From contig CAVRBU010000018.1 of the NCBI GenBank assembly GCA_963719315.1, forward strand, positions 32,001 through 96,000: a DNA stretch of 64,000 bases, given 5' to 3'. Source of the DNA: an uncultured Planctomycetota bacterium. GTDB taxonomy: Bacteria > Planctomycetota > Planctomycetia > Pirellulales > Lacipirellulaceae. The position numbers and the translations under genes were made by a program. Shown here in pieces: positions 59,968 through 64,000 of the stretch (its first letter is position 1; every line of letters starts with the position of its first letter). Below the pieces are notes generated by a model that did not search any database, had not been told where the DNA came from, and saw nothing but the letters and a program-made list of their open reading frames with translations.

Positions 59968-61629
59968 TTACACCGCGCCGGCGCGGAGGATTAACCAATA
60001 AATGCCCATCAGTACGACCGCGGCCGCGAGGGGTAAGCCAGCCACGAGTAGCGGATTCGCACCGCGAACCTCAGTCTGCGGGGTAGCCACTTCGGCGGCC
60101 GGATTCGCCGCCGTCTTGGCCGGAGAGCCGGCGGTGTCCACGGCTGGCGCTGTCTTTGAATCGCCGCCGTTTTGGTCGCCCTGCCCTGCTTGACCAAAAG
60201 TTGCCGGGTCGGGTATCTGGCTGGCGTCCGTCTTTTCATCGGCTGCCGACGCGGCAAAAGCTTGCGTCGAATCGGCTTTCGCCGCTGCCTCCGTTGACGA
60301 TGTCGTGCTTGCCGGAGTGCCGCTCTTGGCCGCGGTTGCGCTCGCCGCTGACGCGGCGCCGCGGGCTCGGCCGAGCGCACCGAACGCCATTAGGCTACGG
60401 GCCGTTTTCACGGTCTCGGGGTCGAGCTTTTCCAACTCGGCGATTGCCGCTTTAGCTCGCGTGCCAACTTCGCCTTCCTGTTCGCTCGCAACCGTGAGAT
60501 AACTAACGACGGGTTGGCGGACGTAGCCCTTGGCGTCCGAATTCTTGAACATCTCGACCATCTGATCGAGCACGGACCAATCTTCCCACCGCGACAAATC
60601 GAGAATCACCTGATCGGCGAAGTCCGGATTCTTGAGTAACAGCCGCATCGCGGCCAACAATCGCTCTCGCGGCACGACGCCCGTGTTTTCGTCGCCGTGA
60701 AACCGTAACGCCATGATCGTCGAATAAATGTGCGTGTACTCGGCATGCGGGTTTTTCAGGAAGCGATCCTCGACCAGATCGAGACCGTCCGGCCCCCGCA
60801 GGATCAGGTAGCACGCGACCAGCGCGTCGAGCCCCAGCTTCTTGCGGCGCTCGTCCTGCTGCACGGCCTCAATCCAGGCAGGCATTCCGATCGGCCCGCC
60901 CATAGTCATGCCTGTTCCGACTAGCCCAACGAGCGCCGGTTTCATGGCGTCGAAGTCCGATACGATCATCGCTTCGAGGAGCGGCACGTCGGCTTTGCTG
61001 CCGCACACGCCGAGCATGGTGAGATACAGCCGCCGCCGGCTGGGGCTGACCTCGGGATCGGCGACCCACTTCACGATTTTGTCGTGCTTCATCTGTGGCT
61101 TAAGCTCGTGTAGTTCGGCGTAAGGCGCTCGGCCGAATTCGTCGTAGGAGTCCTGAGCGAGAAGCGGATCGGCGTGCTCCAAGTAGTCTTGGAAAAATAC
61201 CAAGCGTTCTGGGCCGGTAGGCGCGACGGAGGGCAACTTGCGTACATATTCCACGGCCGCCGGCGTGAGTGGCAGCGGCGTGGTCCAATCGATTTTGTCT
61301 TTGCCAAGGCCGGTGATGAGGTAGGTCTTATTGCGATCCGTGTCGCCAAAGAAGACGACGCTGATCTCGGCTTCCGGCTTGAGCATGTCCGGGCCTTTCA
61401 TGGCTTCGATGACTTGAAACGTCGCCATGCCTGAGTTCGGGTCGTTGGCATCCGAGGCCGCCGGCGCTTCCTTCAGGAGTTTCGCCAAGACGACTGCATC
61501 GGCCCCCTTAGTTTCCTCGCTGAGCGTCTGCGATTCGACGTTGCAGAAGGGGCAGGCGGAGGCGCTGCTAACTAAAGCGAGGGCGAACGCACAACACGTG
61601 GCGCAAATTCCGTAAGAACTTGGATTCAT
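59968..61629 (-). CDS. Exported hypothetical protein with N-terminal CPFC motif and C-terminal TM anchor
   Basis: Signal peptide ending ASA-CPFC; helical body; Ala/Thr/Ser linker; TM. Confidence 0.75.
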   Translation of the reverse strand: MNPSSYGICATCCAFALALVSSASACPFCNVESQTLSEETKGADAVVLAKLLKEAPAASDANDPNSGMATFQVIEAMKGPDMLKPEAEISVVFFGDTDRNKTYLITGLGKDKIDWTTPLPLTPAAVEYVRKLPSVAPTGPERLVFFQDYLEHADPLLAQDSYDEFGRAPYAELHELKPQMKHDKIVKWVADPEVSPSRRRLYLTMLGVCGSKADVPLLEAMIVSDFDAMKPALVGLVGTGMTMGGPIGMPAWIEAVQQDERRKKLGLDALVACYLILRGPDGLDLVEDRFLKNPHAEYTHIYSTIMALRFHGDENTGVVPRERLLAAMRLLLKNPDFADQVILDLSRWEDWSVLDQMVEMFKNSDAKGYVRQPVVSYLTVASEQEGEVGTRAKAAIAELEKLDPETVKTARSLMAFGALGRARGAASAASATAAKSGTPASTTSSTEAAAKADSTQAFAASAADEKTDASQIPDPATFGQAGQGDQNGGDSKTAPAVDTAGSPAKTAANPAAEVATPQTEVRGANPLLVAGLPLAAAVVLMGIYWLILRAGAV

Positions 61630-61671
61630 AGGAGTATCGTTTCTTTGCCAAAAACTTAATCATTCAAAGCG

Positions 61672-61838
61672 AAAGAAGCTTCACGCAGAGGCGCGGAGGT
61701 CGGAGAGGAAGGGAACACTAATCTACGCTAATTCTCACTAATCTATTTTTGGTTTTTAGTGGCGATTAGCGCAGATTAGTGTTCCCAACACACTGCTTTA
61801 GCCTCCGCGAACTCCGCGCCTCCGCGTGAAACTTCTTT
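61672..61838. repeat. Nested hairpins: one repeat family inserted in the loop of another
   Basis: Outer arms 61672-61708 / 61802-61838; inner arms 61711-61741 / 61756-61786. Confidence 0.85.
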
Positions 61839-61893
61839 TGTTTTTGTACCAGGTAATAACCATTTTACCCACGGCCCTGCCGGGCGGATACGG

Positions 61894-63429
61894 CTAGCGG
61901 CTGCCGGCGAGTGCTTTCGCAACGTCGGTTCGGTAGGCAGCCAAGGCCGGCAAAAAGCCTACGAGCGAGGCCAGCAGCAACAATCCGGGTATGAGCACCA
62001 GTTCCTGCCAGTCGAACTCCAAAAGACTCAGCGAAATGCCGGTGCGCTCAACGACATACGAACTGGCGAGGCCAATCATGCCGTGCCCCAGCAGGATGCC
62101 AATCAGGCCGCCGCCGAGTGCCAGCAGGATCGACTCGACGAGCACGATCGCCATCACGGCGTTGCGGCTGGCACCGAGTGCGCGCATCACCGCGATGTCG
62201 TGGCTGCGCTCGTTCATCGAATTGTAAATGCTCACGAGAATGCTGATCCCGGCCACGATGACGACCAAGACGGTTAATACCAAGAGCACGATCCGCAGCG
62301 GGCCCACGATGCTGTTCAACAGCACGGCGACTTCGCGCGTGGGGGCTACCGCTTGCGCAACGCGGCCTTTGCCTTTGTTGATCTTGAAATCGAGATACTG
62401 CGGACCCAACGGACTTTTGCACAGCACGAGGATCAACGTCACCTCACGTTGATCGGCCGGCAACGGCTTGACTTCCCCCGCTGCTATCTGCCGATCGAGT
62501 TCTTGTTCAATCTCATGCTCGTGTGCTTCCTCCGATTCGGTGTGTGCATGAGCCCCGCTGGGTTTAGATTCTGTGTCATGGACATGGCCCGCATTGTGGT
62601 CGATCTCAACGCTTTCGAGTTTGACGTTTTTGTCGTCGTGCGCATCAGCATCCGCATCCTTGCCTGCATGTTCATTTTCCGTTGGAGGGCCATGTTCGGG
62701 GTGCGCTGCGTCTTGGGCTTCGACTGAATCCTCTTCATGCGCCGATAGCGCATGCCCCGGCAAGAGATAAAAACCTTCGATGTTCATGAACAATGCGCGG
62801 TCATCCGCAGTTCCGGTCGGCTTCAAGACGCCGACGATCTTGACCGCGTGATGTAGGTCGCTACCGCCCGCGAGGCCGTGACTGGGTTGAAACGTGTCGC
62901 CAACTTTGAGGCCCGAGCGGGCCGCGACCACCGAGCCGATCACGCCTTCGAAGAATGCATCCGTCTTGAAGTTTCGTCCGCCTGGCTCGAATTCATAGTT
63001 TTTGAGCGATCCGTCCGAATTGCTGCCGTAGTGGATTTTCTCGAATAGGTCGGGCGTCGTCGCTACGACGCGGAACACCGAATTGTCGGGCGATTGATAA
63101 CTGTCGCCCAAGCATTGGGGAATTGCCACTGAAGTAACGTCCGCAAACTCTCCGCCAGGCAGAAACTTCTGATAGTAACTGTAGGGAATCGGATACAAAG
63201 GCTGGCCGATGTGGTAGACCGTGCTGAGTACGAGTTGCAACGAACCGCCCTTGCCGCCGACGATCAGGTGGTAGCCTTGTGCATTCTGTTCGAATTGCCG
63301 CACGGCCACGGAGTAGATCACGATCACGACGATCATCACCGCCACGCCGAGCGCCATCGAGAGCGCGGTGAGGGCCGACGCGAGGCCGCGCTGCTCCATA
63401 TTTCGCCAGGCTATTTTCCAAAACGGCAT
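61894..63429 (-). CDS. MacB/FtsX-family ABC permease with His/acidic-rich insert
   Basis: LIVGGKGGSLQLVLSTVYH, GVLKPTGTADDRALF, NSMNERSHDIAVMRALGA, PALAAYRTDV. Confidence 0.88.
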   Translation of the reverse strand: MPFWKIAWRNMEQRGLASALTALSMALGVAVMIVVIVIYSVAVRQFEQNAQGYHLIVGGKGGSLQLVLSTVYHIGQPLYPIPYSYYQKFLPGGEFADVTSVAIPQCLGDSYQSPDNSVFRVVATTPDLFEKIHYGSNSDGSLKNYEFEPGGRNFKTDAFFEGVIGSVVAARSGLKVGDTFQPSHGLAGGSDLHHAVKIVGVLKPTGTADDRALFMNIEGFYLLPGHALSAHEEDSVEAQDAAHPEHGPPTENEHAGKDADADAHDDKNVKLESVEIDHNAGHVHDTESKPSGAHAHTESEEAHEHEIEQELDRQIAAGEVKPLPADQREVTLILVLCKSPLGPQYLDFKINKGKGRVAQAVAPTREVAVLLNSIVGPLRIVLLVLTVLVVIVAGISILVSIYNSMNERSHDIAVMRALGASRNAVMAIVLVESILLALGGGLIGILLGHGMIGLASSYVVERTGISLSLLEFDWQELVLIPGLLLLASLVGFLPALAAYRTDVAKALAGSR

Positions 63430-63476
63430 ATTGATCCGTTCGTTTACTTGAGTCCGTGCCGATCGCCGCTTGCGGC

Positions 63477-64000
63477 TTAGCTGACTGTCGCAATGACGCG
63501 ATTCAGGTTTTCCAAATGCTCAACCCGATCGAACTGCTCTGAAACTTCAGTTGAATGCGTTACCAGTAGCATCGCCACGTTCTCCGCTCGGCACACTTCG
63601 CGCAACAGGTCGATCACGTGTTGCTGGTGAGCGGGGTCAATGTTGGCCGTCGGCTCATCCGCGAGTAACAATACCGGGCGATTGACCAGAGCCCGGGCGA
63701 CCGCCACCCGTTGCTGCTCACCCACCGAAAGCGCCGCCGGCTTGTGCGACAAGCGATGGCCAAGCCCGACACGGCCCAACAGTTCAGTCGCCCGCTTGGG
63801 GTCATTTCGCTGGCCCGTGAACGTCATGCCGAGCAGCACGTTCTCGAGGGCCGAAAAGCCTGCTAGCAGATTGAATGTTTGGAATACAAAGCCAAGGTGA
63901 CGAGCTCGGAACCGATCGCGGGCCGCTTCGGCGAGCCGCGTGACCTCCGTCGTCTGAATGACGATTCGACCGTCATCCGGCGTGGCGAGACCAGCGATTA
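63477..64000 (-). CDS. LolD-like ABC transporter ATP-binding protein, 5' truncated by window edge
   Basis: LSVGEQQRVAVARAL, LLADEPTANID, LVTH. Confidence 0.9.
   Translation of the reverse strand, partial: IAGLATPDDGRIVIQTTEVTRLAEAARDRFRARHLGFVFQTFNLLAGFSALENVLLGMTFTGQRNDPKRATELLGRVGLGHRLSHKPAALSVGEQQRVAVARALVNRPVLLLADEPTANIDPAHQQHVIDLLREVCRAENVAMLLVTHSTEVSEQFDRVEHLENLNRVIATVS

Overview
High-GC bacterial chromosomal window. The gene content points to a planctomycete (inference: Pirellulales-like): long lepB, PilM-led pilus/secretin cluster, PEP-CTERM proteins, Tat-exported PhoD. It contains a partial ISKra4-like transposase, phoD, a minus-strand lptB-lepB-plsC-cmk cluster, a type IV pilus/T2SS-like cluster with a very large secretin, an ECF sigma factor, a Cys-rich small protein, pckG, argS-rsfS, an S1-domain (rpsA-like) gene, two PEP-CTERM genes, thrS-infC-rpmI-rplT-pheS-pheT, a fatty acyl-CoA ligase and a DUF3299/ABC (Zrg-like) cluster. 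About ten small frameshifts in otherwise intact genes look like sequencing/assembly indels. Most notable observations: (1) many REP/STRR-like palindromes, with copies inserted in frame inside argS, pheS, pheT and the acyl-CoA ligase; (2) an archaeal/eukaryotic-type PheRS at the normal bacterial operon position, with a zinc-ribbon insert in PheT; (3) a tandem duplication between the rpsA-like gene and thrS whose two units carry unrelated PEP-CTERM genes; (4) a 126-127 bp MITE with NTAG target duplications that sits on stop codons twice. All calls come from reading motifs by eye; no database search was run.
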